Shown: in pieces, positions 29,844-40,402 of the stretch
Layout of the letters: the number at the start of each line of letters is the position of its first letter
Position numbering within the stretch: position 1 is the stretch's first letter
DNA from: Candidatus Poribacteria bacterium
GTDB taxonomy: Bacteria; Poribacteria; WGA-4E; UBA9662
DNA: 49,938 bases
NCBI GenBank assembly: GCA_036339735.1
Contig: JAYZAL010000073.1
Coordinates: forward strand, 1-49,938
Direction: 5' to 3'
The notes under the pieces: generated by a model
The model's database searches: none
Told to the model about the DNA's origin: nothing
What the model saw: only the letters and a program-made list of their open reading frames with translations
Translations under genes and position numbers: made by a program

Positions 29844-31391
29844 TTGAGTAGACTTTTTGGTATTGAAACTGAATATGGAATTTCGGTGCAGGATCAGCCT
29901 GAGGCAGATCCTGTTACTCGGTCAATTGAGCTAATAAAAAGCTATCATTCTGATGATTTTCGCCCAATGTGGGATTATAAAGGCGAGGACCCATTCCAAG
30001 ACGAACGTGGTTTTCGTGCGCAACGCTTACAAGAGCACCCAGACGAAGAAATTCATCAGGAAAAAGACAGAGAACGAACAGAGTCGTTTGCTGAGATCAA
30101 AAGTGATCTTATATTAACTAATGGAGCAAGATTATACAACGATCATGCCCATCCCGAATATTCAACACCAGAATGTGTGAATTTATTTGAACTGGTTGCC
30201 CACGATAAGGCTGGCGAGCGTATATTGACCCGATGTATAGAAAAAGTTCGCGATAACTCAGGTGATATTATCGAACTTTACAAAAACAATACTGATTTCT
30301 CTGGTCATAGTTATGGTTGCCACGATAATTATCTAATGGAGCGACAAGTTCCTTTTAGCTACCTGAAATCCTCCCTAATTCCGTTTTTAGTTACACGGCA
30401 GATTTACGCTGGCGCTGGAAAACTTGGAATTGAGTCTGAAGGAGGTATGGAGGAATTTGGCTGTTTCCAATTAGCACAAAGGTCAGATTTTTTTCATGTT
30501 GAGACCAGTGTAGATACAATGCATAAACGGCCAATTGTCAATACTAGAGACGAACCACATGCTAATCCAACGAAGTATCGTAGACTGCATGGTATCGCTG
30601 GTGATGCCAATATGTCGGAGTATGCTACAGCGCTTAAAATTGGAACTACAGCCCTAGTTCTAGATTTAATCGAGTTACGAGTCGTTCCAGATTGGTTCAC
30701 ATTAGCTGATCCAATTGGGTCGATTAAAGCCATCTCGCGAGACCAAACCTACAAATGGGAATTTCGATTGCAAAATGGTAAAACTATTTCTGCCATAGAT
30801 CTTCAAAACGAGTATTTGAGTTTAGCTAAGAAGTATCTTGATCCTTCGAAAGGACAAAATAATTGGGTTTTGGCCGAATGGGAAGATGTGATCACTCAAC
30901 TTCAAATCGATCCCATGCAATTATCTGACCGATTGGATTGGGTCGCAAAAAAATGGCTGCTAAACACATTTGTGGAAGAGGAAGGGCTTAAATGGGAAGA
31001 TCCTTGGTTACAAAGTTTAGATTTGGCTTATCATAATATAGATCCCGATGTAGGATTGTATTATGGTCTTGAAGATCAAGGTTTAGTTCGGCGCTTACTA
31101 ACAGAAGAACAAATCGAATATGCAATTCATAACCCACCTGCGAGTACTCGTGCATATTTTCGGGGTAGTGTTGTCAAAAAGTTTCCCAACCAAGTCGAAT
31201 CTATACAGTGGGATCGTGTAACATTTAAGTCAAAGAATACAAGTCAAAATCGATTTTCTACCATTAGTATGGATAACATGGTAGACCCAGAACTGGTTAA
31301 TCGGTATAACCAATTAATCGATCAATCAGACACCGTTGACCAACTGATAGTTGGGGCTAGCGAAATCTCAAAATCAGAACCTAAAAATTAA
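29844..31391 (+). CDS. dop: Dop-like deamidase/depupylase (PafA2 family)
   Basis: GIETEYG, Dop-loop-like WDY..EDP..DERGF, NGARLYNDHAHPEYSTPE, SYGCHDNY, NTRDEPHA, RRLH. Confidence 0.88.
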   Translation: MSRLFGIETEYGISVQDQPEADPVTRSIELIKSYHSDDFRPMWDYKGEDPFQDERGFRAQRLQEHPDEEIHQEKDRERTESFAEIKSDLILTNGARLYNDHAHPEYSTPECVNLFELVAHDKAGERILTRCIEKVRDNSGDIIELYKNNTDFSGHSYGCHDNYLMERQVPFSYLKSSLIPFLVTRQIYAGAGKLGIESEGGMEEFGCFQLAQRSDFFHVETSVDTMHKRPIVNTRDEPHANPTKYRRLHGIAGDANMSEYATALKIGTTALVLDLIELRVVPDWFTLADPIGSIKAISRDQTYKWEFRLQNGKTISAIDLQNEYLSLAKKYLDPSKGQNNWVLAEWEDVITQLQIDPMQLSDRLDWVAKKWLLNTFVEEEGLKWEDPWLQSLDLAYHNIDPDVGLYYGLEDQGLVRRLLTEEQIEYAIHNPPASTRAYFRGSVVKKFPNQVESIQWDRVTFKSKNTSQNRFSTISMDNMVDPELVNRYNQLIDQSDTVDQLIVGASEISKSEPKN

Positions 31392-31434
31392 ATCTTAAAC
31401 AATGACGTTTGTGTGAGTACCGGAGGTTGAATCA

Positions 31435-31647
31435 GTGAATAGAAAACATCTAAATTCTGAATTGCCAATTTCGCTTCGAGAGAGAAAGCAAAAGCCTGCT
31501 GGCCCTTTTTTGCCTGGGGACGACGGGGACGATGATGGACCTAAAAGGCCAAAAGTCGACAGGCCTGATACTAGGGAGTTAATGCGTCGGATGAAACGAG
31601 TTGACAAAGATCAATCCAAGCGCTATCGTCAAAGGACTGGCCAATAA
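31435..31647 (+). CDS. ubact: Ubiquitin-like modifier UBact
   Basis: 70 aa, disorder-prone, GPKRPKVDRPDTRELMRRMKRVDKDQSKRYRQRTGQ; lies between dop and prcB; GGAGG 8 nt before the GTG. Confidence 0.9.
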   Translation: MNRKHLNSELPISLRERKQKPAGPFLPGDDGDDDGPKRPKVDRPDTRELMRRMKRVDKDQSKRYRQRTGQ

Positions 31648-31656
31648 ACAAGTAAT

Positions 31657-32547
31657 ATGCACAGATCATCTCTGAATTTAGACCCGTCAGTACAACAAGG
31701 TGCGAGTAACCCTAGCATATTGCAACAATCAGTTGATTATCAAGGTAACTTCCTTGACCTTCTGCGGGCAAACAACGTCCGTTTTTCAGCCTTACAGAAC
31801 CAAGGATCTAATGTAGCAACTCTTGGCCAAAATCATAATGAAGAGTTAATTGAAGGAACGACAGTAATTGCACTTCGCTATGAAGATGGGGTGGTGGTTG
31901 CTGGAGATCGGCGGGCTACAGCAGGTAATGTTGTGATGTATGACAGAGCTGATAAAGTTCTTGAAATTGATGAACATTCCGTAATGGCAATCGCTGGTTC
32001 GCCAGCGATTGCTTACGAAATGGCTCGAACTCTTGAGCATTCCTTCCAATATTTCCGTCGAACACAACTGCAAGAGTTAAGTGTCGAAGGTAAAATTAGG
32101 ATGTTGGCTCGTCTCATTCGAGATAACACTGCAATGGCATTACAAGGGGTAGGTGGAGTAGTTCCAATTTTTGCACTTTATGATTCCAATAACAAAACCG
32201 AAGATCTGGCTTCTCCCCCCGGTCGTATTTTTTTCTATGATGTACTCGGTGCTCAGTTTGAGACAGTAGATTTTGCAACATCCGGATCAGGTTCAGTTTG
32301 GATCCGCGGAGTCTTACACTATCTGGACCGGTGGTCTGGAACACGACTATCCCAAATGGATATTAATCAAGCAACGTCCACTATTCTGAGGTTGTTAGAT
32401 ACTGCAGCTGAGTTTGATACAGCGACCAGTGGAACCAATATGAAATCTCAAATTTACCCCGTTATCAAAACTGTCACCCAAGATGGTGTTCAAGAACTAT
32501 CACTTGACCTGATTCAACAGGTTTATGAAACAGTTGTCCAAGTTTGA
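31657..32547 (+). CDS. prcB: 20S proteasome beta subunit with 67-aa propeptide
   Basis: G|TTVIAL autocleavage site (Thr1 codon at 31858), AGDRRAT, ADKV, TSGSGS. Confidence 0.92.
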   Translation: MHRSSLNLDPSVQQGASNPSILQQSVDYQGNFLDLLRANNVRFSALQNQGSNVATLGQNHNEELIEGTTVIALRYEDGVVVAGDRRATAGNVVMYDRADKVLEIDEHSVMAIAGSPAIAYEMARTLEHSFQYFRRTQLQELSVEGKIRMLARLIRDNTAMALQGVGGVVPIFALYDSNNKTEDLASPPGRIFFYDVLGAQFETVDFATSGSGSVWIRGVLHYLDRWSGTRLSQMDINQATSTILRLLDTAAEFDTATSGTNMKSQIYPVIKTVTQDGVQELSLDLIQQVYETVVQV

Positions 32548-32557
32548 GGAAACTTGA

Positions 32558-33361
32558 ATGTTTGAAGAACATTATCGTTACTTAGAATCAATTCAAAACC
32601 GGCGTGATTATATTGAAGATCAAATTCGGACAGGTAGTCCAGTTATTGGTTTAGTCTACGATGATGGTATCTTGATTTTGACGTTGACCAGTAGTCAAAA
32701 GCTATACGAAGTACATAATCATCTCGCACTTTCCGCTATTGGTCACATTGCTGATATTGAGAGACTTCGACTATTAGTGACTGATTCTGCTTCAGTTCAA
32801 GGATTTCAGAGTTCTATTGATGATGTTACTCTTCATCGTCTAACAAACTTTGTTTTATGTCCACCAATAAAGCAATCTTTTGAGTCAGTTTTTAACCCGC
32901 CTACTGTGGCAAAAATCCTATTAGCTGAATTGGGTAGGTTAAACCGGCCGCATCAATTGGTAACTGTTAATTATGATGGAACTACTGCTATTGAAAAACA
33001 TGTAGCGGTTATAGGAGGTTCTGAAGATACCGAACAATTAATGCGGAACTATATTGATCAAACAGCATCTAGACTCGGTGATAAATTAACTTTGCAAGAT
33101 GCTTTTGAATTAGCTATTCAAACTTGGGCAGTTGGTCGTATGGCCAATCAACGATCCAATCAGGAAATGCAATTAGAAGCTGGTGTGGCAGATTATGATG
33201 TTGAGCAATTGAATCAATGTTTACAAACAGAGTTGATTGAATTGCAAGTAGAAGTTGGTACTTTGCAAACTTCTAAGCGAGGAAAAAGTAAATTTCGCTC
33301 CTTGACCGATCAGGAAATAGCGAGCTTCTTGCCTTTCGAGATTAGTGGAGATGAATGTTGA
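32558..33361 (+). CDS. prcA: 20S proteasome alpha subunit
   Basis: GSPVIGLVYDDGIL, QKLYEV, AIGHIADIERLR, VIGG; follows prcB. Confidence 0.85.
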   Translation: MFEEHYRYLESIQNRRDYIEDQIRTGSPVIGLVYDDGILILTLTSSQKLYEVHNHLALSAIGHIADIERLRLLVTDSASVQGFQSSIDDVTLHRLTNFVLCPPIKQSFESVFNPPTVAKILLAELGRLNRPHQLVTVNYDGTTAIEKHVAVIGGSEDTEQLMRNYIDQTASRLGDKLTLQDAFELAIQTWAVGRMANQRSNQEMQLEAGVADYDVEQLNQCLQTELIELQVEVGTLQTSKRGKSKFRSLTDQEIASFLPFEISGDEC

Positions 33362-34800
33362 GTAAGCGAATTTTTGGTTTAGAAACCGAATTTGGTTGTC
33401 TTAATAAATCGGATGAGTTTGGTTCTTCTGAGAAAGTTGCTTCAATCGTTAAAGATTGTATTTTTTCAAATTTGTCGCTCGGGATCTTTGATATGCACTA
33501 CCGTGATTGGGGTGAACCCCCTCACAATGGTGGTTTTTTATTCAATGGTGGTCGTTTGTATATGGATATGGGACATCTAGAGTATGCCACACCTGAATGT
33601 TTACGACTCTTTGATTTAGTAGCTTACGATCGATCCATCGAATTATCGATTAGAGACGCTTTAGAAACTTTGGGGTTACAAGGCCAAGTTTCCTTTCTTA
33701 AAAACAATATCGACCATGTAACTGGTGCGACGTTCGGTTGCCACGAAAACTACCAACTTAGACGGGACGTACCTTTTTACAAAGTGGTAATTCCAACTCT
33801 ATTGCCTTTTTTCGTGACCCGGCAAATTTATGCGGGTGCGGGCCGTGTTGGAGGCCATGAAGAAGCTGATGATTACCAAAATACCAAAAGTACAAATAGC
33901 GATTTTGTCGGGTTTCAAATTTCCCAACGGGCAGATCACATCGTGACCGAAGTCTATGAGTGGATTCAATTTAGTCGGGCTATTATCAACACTCGCGATG
34001 AGCCGTTAGGCGATCATACGAAGTATCGTCGGCTACATCTTTTAGTTGGTGATTCCAACATGTCTGAATTTGCTAATGCGCTGAAGGTGGGTACGACTTC
34101 TTTAATGCTAGATTTACTGGAGACTGGATATTCACTACCAGACTTAAGCATTGAAGATGCTATTTTTTCTATAAAAGATATTTCCCGTGATCCTAGTCAT
34201 CATTGGTTAGTGACACTCAAATCAGGCCGAACGATCACGGCGGTTGAACTTCAGTGGGAATATTTTCAGGCTTGCGACCAAATTCTGCGGGGACAAGACG
34301 CTGAAACTGATTGGGTGTTAGATGCTTGGAGTGAGACACTCAAAGAACTGGAATCAGCCCACCGTCACCTACCAGAAAATTTAGTCGGGAAAATTGATTG
34401 GGTCACCAAACAGTGGCTACTAGAAAGTTTTATGAAAGAAGAGTCCATCGGTTGGGATGACCCTTGGCTTGAAAGTCTTGATCTCGAATACCATAATATT
34501 GACCAAGAACTTGGACTATATTATGACTTAGAATGCCAAGGTTACACAACAAGAATTACCGAAATGGGAAAAATTCAAAAGGCGACGGAAAAGCCTCCAC
34601 AAGACACTAGAGCTAAGGGAAGATCATCTTTGATGAACTATTTGTCGACAAATGAGATTCCCTGCATTGTTGATTGGCACCAAATATACTTACCTGATAG
34701 GAAACCCTTCGAAATGCAGGACGCATTTCAAACATACGAAAAGGAAGCTGAAGAGTGCGTCAAGGAATTAGAAGTTAAAAAACCGTTCTTTGCAGAATAA
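33355..34800 (+). CDS. pafA: PafA-like Pup/UBact-protein ligase
   Basis: RIFGLETEFG, FLFNGGRLYMDMGHLEYATPEC, FGCHENY, SQRADH, INTRDEP, RRLHLLVGDSN, PPQDTRA; lacks the Dop loop. Confidence 0.88.
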   Translation: MLSKRIFGLETEFGCLNKSDEFGSSEKVASIVKDCIFSNLSLGIFDMHYRDWGEPPHNGGFLFNGGRLYMDMGHLEYATPECLRLFDLVAYDRSIELSIRDALETLGLQGQVSFLKNNIDHVTGATFGCHENYQLRRDVPFYKVVIPTLLPFFVTRQIYAGAGRVGGHEEADDYQNTKSTNSDFVGFQISQRADHIVTEVYEWIQFSRAIINTRDEPLGDHTKYRRLHLLVGDSNMSEFANALKVGTTSLMLDLLETGYSLPDLSIEDAIFSIKDISRDPSHHWLVTLKSGRTITAVELQWEYFQACDQILRGQDAETDWVLDAWSETLKELESAHRHLPENLVGKIDWVTKQWLLESFMKEESIGWDDPWLESLDLEYHNIDQELGLYYDLECQGYTTRITEMGKIQKATEKPPQDTRAKGRSSLMNYLSTNEIPCIVDWHQIYLPDRKPFEMQDAFQTYEKEAEECVKELEVKKPFFAE

Positions 34801-34821
34801 GAAACTGGAAAATCAGATCGT

Positions 34822-35169
34822 TCAAACTTCAGCGTCTTCTTCAGCAAGTAGAGCCTTACGACGATCGTGCATCTCCTGTTCAGCCTCTTCAACGGCCTGA
34901 TCAACCGTTGGTCCTTTTACCTCGACAACAGCACGAAATACGGTTCCTAATAATATTACAATCCCCGAAACTAGCCAGACGATCACAATCAACCCAATTA
35001 CGCGGGTAACGTCTTCACTATCAATATCTTCCAACCATTCCCACTGTGGTCGCTGAGTTTTATCCTTGCCCAGAATCCACAGTATCCAAAAAAACGGAAA
35101 TGAGGCAAAAAGAGGAAATAGTGAGAAATTCAACCACATCAGAATTCCTCTAATTAAGTGTGCAAACAT
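34822..35169 (-). CDS. Hypothetical two-TM membrane protein
   Basis: Two hydrophobic helices and an acidic tail; 25 bp downstream of the MDR gene. Confidence 0.6.
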   Translation of the reverse strand: MFAHLIRGILMWLNFSLFPLFASFPFFWILWILGKDKTQRPQWEWLEDIDSEDVTRVIGLIVIVWLVSGIVILLGTVFRAVVEVKGPTVDQAVEEAEQEMHDRRKALLAEEDAEV

Positions 35170-35194
35170 GGGCTAGAGTCCTTTTTCTAAGGAG

Positions 35195-36160
35195 TTACGC
35201 CTCGAAGTCTAATATTACTTTGATAGCTTCTTCTTGACGGAAAGTAAAGAGTTCAAATCCGTATTGAGCTTCGTCGAAAGATAAATGATGTGTCAAAATA
35301 GGAGAAACATCGATACGATTTTGCGCGATCATGTCCATGGCAAGTGGGTAATCGGTTTGCGCATCAGGAATCACTGAACTAATCAAACGGATATTTTGTC
35401 GAAATAGGTCCCCATACCGAAAATTTTCGTAAACCGACTCATCAGGAACACCAAAAGCTAAAATCGTGCCATTTCTTCTCACCAAGTCAATACACGTGTT
35501 AATTGTATGTGTTTGATGGCCAACGGCCTCTATGACCAAGTCTGCCATCTGCCCTTTTGTAATCTCCCTAACTTTCTCAACCAGATTCCCCTTAGAAACA
35601 TCAATGGTATGAGTGGCATGCATTTGTTTACTGACCTCTAATCGGTAAGGCAGAAGGTCTGTAGCAATTATAGTTTTCGCTCCCAAGTTACTGACAAAAC
35701 GAGTAAACATCTGCCCCATAGGACCTTGTCCCAAAATCACAACGTTCTGATGAATTAAGTTTCCCAACTTTCGACAGGCCCAAACCACCGTACCCAAAGG
35801 CTGGGACATTAACATTTCCGAAGGGCGATCGGATGGAGAAAGATGAACTGTCAGTTGATCATTGGATATAAAGTATTCAGCTAAACCTGTTTGTCCAATT
35901 GGAACAGACAAGACCTCATCTCCTTCCTTGAACTTGGATGATTTACTGTCTACCACAAACCCGATACACTCGTGTAGAGACTGCCCCAACGGCAATGGGT
36001 AGGACGGATGTTGAAGAGTAAAGTACGGTATGTCACTACCACAGATTGCCCCTCTGTAAGGCTTCACCAACAAAGTTCCACTTGGTTGATCAGCGATGCC
36101 AAGGTCGGGAACGGAAACAATTTCGATTTGGTGTCGTTCTACAATCTGTCCGGCCTTCAT
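35195..36160 (-). CDS. Zinc-binding alcohol dehydrogenase (MDR superfamily)
   Basis: ICGSD, HEC, GQGPMG, ADLVIEAVG, LTHH, IKVIL; no four-Cys structural Zn loop. Confidence 0.88.
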   Translation of the reverse strand: MKAGQIVERHQIEIVSVPDLGIADQPSGTLLVKPYRGAICGSDIPYFTLQHPSYPLPLGQSLHECIGFVVDSKSSKFKEGDEVLSVPIGQTGLAEYFISNDQLTVHLSPSDRPSEMLMSQPLGTVVWACRKLGNLIHQNVVILGQGPMGQMFTRFVSNLGAKTIIATDLLPYRLEVSKQMHATHTIDVSKGNLVEKVREITKGQMADLVIEAVGHQTHTINTCIDLVRRNGTILAFGVPDESVYENFRYGDLFRQNIRLISSVIPDAQTDYPLAMDMIAQNRIDVSPILTHHLSFDEAQYGFELFTFRQEEAIKVILDFEA

Positions 36161-36227
36161 TGTTCTATCCGATGTCTGATACTAAAATTACGCCGTTCGC
36201 TGACTTCCCCTTATCAACCGATCCTCG

Positions 36228-36256
36228 ATTTTATCACCATATTTTGAGTGTGTCAA
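36228..36256 (-). promoter_or_regulatory. sigma70-type promoter for the MDR gene
   Basis: Minus strand TTGACA-N17-TAAAAT with extended -10 TG. Confidence 0.65.
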
Positions 36257-36291
36257 TGAAAACCATTTTTCACTCGATCTATTATTGACAA

Positions 36292-38805
36292 CTAAGATTG
36301 GATTATTTTTTTTTTGGAACTCCATTCTTTTTCTACTAAAACCTTAATCAACTTGTGCTGGCTCTGAACTAAATCCGGATCTCTATTGATTACCATTTCA
36401 GCTTCTAACTTTGTGGCTTCAAGTATGCTTGCATCTCTAATAATATCCGCCACCTTAAATTCAGGTAAACCAGATTGCCGTGTACCAAAAAATTCTCCTG
36501 GCCCGCGAATTTCGAGGTCAATTTCTGATAAATCAAAACCATTATTAGTTTGAGTCATAGCCTCAAGACGTCGGATGCCATCATCACTTTTTGGATCCGA
36601 AACTAGATAGCACCAAGACTGGTGTTGACCACGCCCCACACGCCCCCTTAATTGATGAAGTTGAGCCAACCCAAACCGTTCAGCATTTTCAATTACAATA
36701 ATAGTGGCATTGGGTACATCAACACCAACCTCAATCACAGTTGTAGATACTAGAATATCTAGTTTTCCATCTTTAAAGTTAGCCATAACCGATTGTTTTT
36801 CTGCCGATTTCATACGGCCATGTAAAAGGCCAACCCCTTGATCTGGAAATGATTTTTGTTGTAGTTGTCCAGCCATTTCGGTAGCAGCTTTTATATCCTC
36901 TAAATTTTCCGATTCTTCTACAAGTGGATACACAACATACACTTGTCGACCTTTTTCTATTTCCTTATGCAATCGCTGATAAAGTATATCTCGTTCAGAA
37001 TCCTTAACCCATTCAGTTTTTATTTCTTGACGTCCCGGAGGCAATTCATCTATCACAGATACATTTAAATCTCCATATACGGTCATAGAGAGAGTCCGTG
37101 GTATAGGTGTTGCCGTCATTACTAGGATATCAGGGACCAGCTGATTGGATAAGTTGTTAGGATTGACAGGTCCTTTGTCTCGAAGTTTTGCTCGTTGTAA
37201 TACCCCAAATCGATGTTGTTCGTCGATAATGACTAAACCCAGGTTGTTGAAGATAACTGATTCTTGGATTATGGCATGCGTCCCTACAATTATTTGTAAT
37301 TGCCCATCACTTATTTGTTTCAAAATCTGATCTCGTTCTCTTTTTCCCAGATCACCTTTCAGTAGACCAACATTAATTCCTAAATCGGACATCGTTTTTT
37401 TTAAATTGATAGCGTGTTGGTCAGCGAGAACTTCAGTCGGTACCATTAAAACAGCCTGATAGCCGCATTGTACAGCCTTCAAAAGAGCTAAAGCAGCCAC
37501 CATCGTTTTACCTGAACCAACATCTCCTTGTAGCAAACGATTCATTGGTTCGTCTCGCTCCATATCCATCTTAATTTGATCAAACGATCGTTTTTGAGCT
37601 TTTGTCAGCTCAAAGGGTAACGCTAATAAAAATTGTTCTACTAAATCTGTTTTTTCCTCAGATCGATGATTTGTAAAGCTAATACCGGGAACAGAGGCAT
37701 CACTTTTCTTATTAATTGACAGCCAAATTTGTAAAAGAAAAAATTCATTAAAAACTAAACGTCGACGAGCTAGAATCATCATTTCCGACGAAGACGGAAA
37801 GTGTATTTCGGAGACTGCATTAGGCCAATCTATGAGTTCATTACGAGCTCGAATTTCTTCAGCTAAGAATTCGGGATATTCTATTATATAGTTATCAAGT
37901 GCATTTTTGACCCATTGTCGCAAACTACGTTGTGTTAGGTTCATTGTGGTTCTATATTGAGGCACAATCCGTCCCGTATGTATGCGCTCTTCTTCGTGAT
38001 CAGTAACAATTTCAAACTCGAAGTTGGAAGATTGAATTTCTTTTTGCCTCCTTTCGAATTTTCCACTGATAACAACTGAAGTGCCAACGGATAATGTCTT
38101 TCTCAAATAGCTGATTCGCTGATTACCAAAAATTACCAATTGAGCTATGCCTGTACCATCATAAATGGCAATTTTAGCAAAGGCTTTGCCTCCAGGACGA
38201 CGGGACGGAATATACGAGTGCTTTGCAACTTTTCCTTGAATCGTATAGTTATCTCCTAGTTGGCTTACAGAACCGATTGGAGTGACCTGACTTTGGTCAT
38301 GGTAAGCCCGTGGTACATACTCTAGTAATTGACCGATAGTACGGATACCAAGTTCTGTTTCTAGCTTACTGGCTGATCTTGGACCAATTCCCTTGATGCA
38401 ATCTGTTGTAATTGTCAAAAAATTGATTTTTTCAGAATCCGTATCTACAGAACGAGTTGGTGCAATTGATTCATTTTTGGTAAGACGTTCAGTAATTTCA
38501 GAACTTTCTATTTTTTGGTTTACCAAAGAGGAATTAGTGATCATCCTTTCGAGCAGTTTTCTAGCTTTCTCAAGGTAATGGATACGTTCTATCGGTGTCG
38601 CCTGAGAATATGTGTTGAAACATGCATAAACTTCTCTCAGTTGGGATCGTACCCCCATATCTAGATTTAATGGGCGTGTCTTGCTAAACTGACTTCGAAT
38701 TGATGACTGTATTCCGTCAGGAGATATATCATCTCTGCACCCGTTCTCAACTTCTTGTTTCAATAGATCGTGAACAATATTTAAAATTGATTCTAAATTT
38801 TGCAT
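36292..38805 (-). CDS. recG: ATP-dependent DNA helicase RecG with N-terminal extension
   Basis: KGIGP wedge region, RLLQGDVGSGKT, DEQHRFG, MTATPIPRT, QLHQLRGRVGRG, RGPGEFFGTRQSG. The ATG at 38805 is preferred because it avoids overlapping cvpA. Confidence 0.96.
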   Translation of the reverse strand: MQNLESILNIVHDLLKQEVENGCRDDISPDGIQSSIRSQFSKTRPLNLDMGVRSQLREVYACFNTYSQATPIERIHYLEKARKLLERMITNSSLVNQKIESSEITERLTKNESIAPTRSVDTDSEKINFLTITTDCIKGIGPRSASKLETELGIRTIGQLLEYVPRAYHDQSQVTPIGSVSQLGDNYTIQGKVAKHSYIPSRRPGGKAFAKIAIYDGTGIAQLVIFGNQRISYLRKTLSVGTSVVISGKFERRQKEIQSSNFEFEIVTDHEEERIHTGRIVPQYRTTMNLTQRSLRQWVKNALDNYIIEYPEFLAEEIRARNELIDWPNAVSEIHFPSSSEMMILARRRLVFNEFFLLQIWLSINKKSDASVPGISFTNHRSEEKTDLVEQFLLALPFELTKAQKRSFDQIKMDMERDEPMNRLLQGDVGSGKTMVAALALLKAVQCGYQAVLMVPTEVLADQHAINLKKTMSDLGINVGLLKGDLGKRERDQILKQISDGQLQIIVGTHAIIQESVIFNNLGLVIIDEQHRFGVLQRAKLRDKGPVNPNNLSNQLVPDILVMTATPIPRTLSMTVYGDLNVSVIDELPPGRQEIKTEWVKDSERDILYQRLHKEIEKGRQVYVVYPLVEESENLEDIKAATEMAGQLQQKSFPDQGVGLLHGRMKSAEKQSVMANFKDGKLDILVSTTVIEVGVDVPNATIIVIENAERFGLAQLHQLRGRVGRGQHQSWCYLVSDPKSDDGIRRLEAMTQTNNGFDLSEIDLEIRGPGEFFGTRQSGLPEFKVADIIRDASILEATKLEAEMVINRDPDLVQSQHKLIKVLVEKEWSSKKKIIQS

Positions 38806-38830
38806 AGGTTCAATGAAGCGAAGGTTAAGA

Positions 38831-39331
38831 TTATCGAATCCTATCAACTTGTTTCTTAATTGCTTCTTTGCCAAAATCTAAAAATTGGCGCGCAAAATTC
38901 ATGGTTATTTCAGCTAGCTGTGATTGACTAATAACACTCTTAATATTTTCACTACCATGACTACTTGCTAAAAGACAGATGCCACCTGTTAGAAATATAC
39001 CAACGAATATACCAAAAACTGCACCGGCTAGCCCATTGATCCAACCTAAAACACCCTTATCAAAAATACCCTGCATCCTTTCTAGCAACCAGTCGGCAGC
39101 TATGCTAACTGCTGCTGCAATACCAATCACACTTACCCATTTAGCCAGTTCTGGATTTCCACCAATTAGTGATTCTAAGTTTGGGGCTATGTCCCGCCAG
39201 AATTGGCTGGCAGCCCAAACACCGGCAAAAATAGCCATTAGTCCCCATACACTCCTAGCTAGTCCAGTACGCCAACATTTCCATGCCCCGGATAAAACTA
39301 CAAGAGAGATAACAATATCAACATTACCCAT
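38831..39331 (-). CDS. cvpA: CvpA (colicin V production) family membrane protein
   Basis: N-terminal DI, GLAR, about 4 TM helices, INGLAGAVFG, late S.L motif. Confidence 0.75.
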   Translation of the reverse strand: MGNVDIVISLVVLSGAWKCWRTGLARSVWGLMAIFAGVWAASQFWRDIAPNLESLIGGNPELAKWVSVIGIAAAVSIAADWLLERMQGIFDKGVLGWINGLAGAVFGIFVGIFLTGGICLLASSHGSENIKSVISQSQLAEITMNFARQFLDFGKEAIKKQVDRIR

Positions 39332-39349
39332 CAGATTGATTATCCAAGC

Positions 39350-40375
39350 CTATAATGTCTGGCAAGTACTTTGTGTTTGAAAACGGTGATAAAATTCATC
39401 GGCATCATCTCCTGTTGTTTCTCGGAAAGCTACGCTAGGCTCTACTTCTTCCTTCATTTTTCTCATTGAGTCCAGTATTGGTTGCCAACTTACTTCACCT
39501 ACCAACCATTCGACAAATAAACGGGCTTGTAAATAATCTAAAAATATCTTTCCACTAATACCACTGAAAAGAGTACTTAAAGTCTTATTAGATATAACAA
39601 AATCTGATTCTTTTTGATTTTTCATCAGACAATATTTCTCTGAATCCATGAGAGGCCGAGAAATTAATGCAGCTAAACCTTCATCAAGCCAGTTGGGGCA
39701 TTTTCCACCTGATAATTGATCAATGACAAAATGAACCCATTCGTGCCGTAGGACAATCGAAAACAACGTTTTCATTAGACGATTTTTTGGATCATAGCGA
39801 ACATAAATTTGCCGATTTTGGTATTTACCGACAGCCCAAGGTGGTAAGAACGAATCATTACTAGTATGTTTCAGATCAAGTGAGGGTGAAGAAGGTAAAA
39901 GCAAAAGGTTTACTGGAATTTGATCTATGTGGGAGTAACGAAAGAGAGAACTAATTTCGGTTGTATTAAAAGCGATAGGATATGACAGTTCGTTTTTTTT
40001 AACTGGTAATTCTGCAGGCACATGCAGCAAAACATCGCGAGAGATATCAGGTGTTCTGAAGGGTGGACAAAATTGAGATAGCAGCTTAGGAAGTGCCGGC
40101 TGAAAATTCTCATAAAACCGCTGCTCTTCCTTAACACGGGTATAACGTCTCAGGGCTGTTGGGTGACCAGGTGAAAGCCTAAGAGCTTGTTCTAGAACTT
40201 TCACTGCCTCCGGCCAGCGGCCCAACATTTCATAACACTTTCCTAGATCGAGGTAGCCAACTAACGACCGTGGATCTATCCGTAGGCCCGCGGAATAATA
40301 TTTCGCTGCTATTTCGTAACGGCGATTTTTATATTCATAGGTGGCATTCTGAAAATATTGATCTCTGGTCCACAC
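39350..40375 (-). CDS. TPR-domain protein with peptidase MA-like (gluzincin) domain
   Basis: N-terminal TPRs (YLDLGKCYEMLGRWPEA), HEWVH and downstream WLDEGLA; no signal peptide. Confidence 0.8.
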   Translation of the reverse strand: MWTRDQYFQNATYEYKNRRYEIAAKYYSAGLRIDPRSLVGYLDLGKCYEMLGRWPEAVKVLEQALRLSPGHPTALRRYTRVKEEQRFYENFQPALPKLLSQFCPPFRTPDISRDVLLHVPAELPVKKNELSYPIAFNTTEISSLFRYSHIDQIPVNLLLLPSSPSLDLKHTSNDSFLPPWAVGKYQNRQIYVRYDPKNRLMKTLFSIVLRHEWVHFVIDQLSGGKCPNWLDEGLAALISRPLMDSEKYCLMKNQKESDFVISNKTLSTLFSGISGKIFLDYLQARLFVEWLVGEVSWQPILDSMRKMKEEVEPSVAFRETTGDDADEFYHRFQTQSTCQTL

Positions 40376-40402
40376 TACCTCAACGAAGCCTTCTCCTTAA
40401 AC

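Noticed and set aside
31435-31647. Actinobacterial Pup
   Set aside because: No GG(Q/E) terminus or LLDEID motif; the sequence fits UBact.
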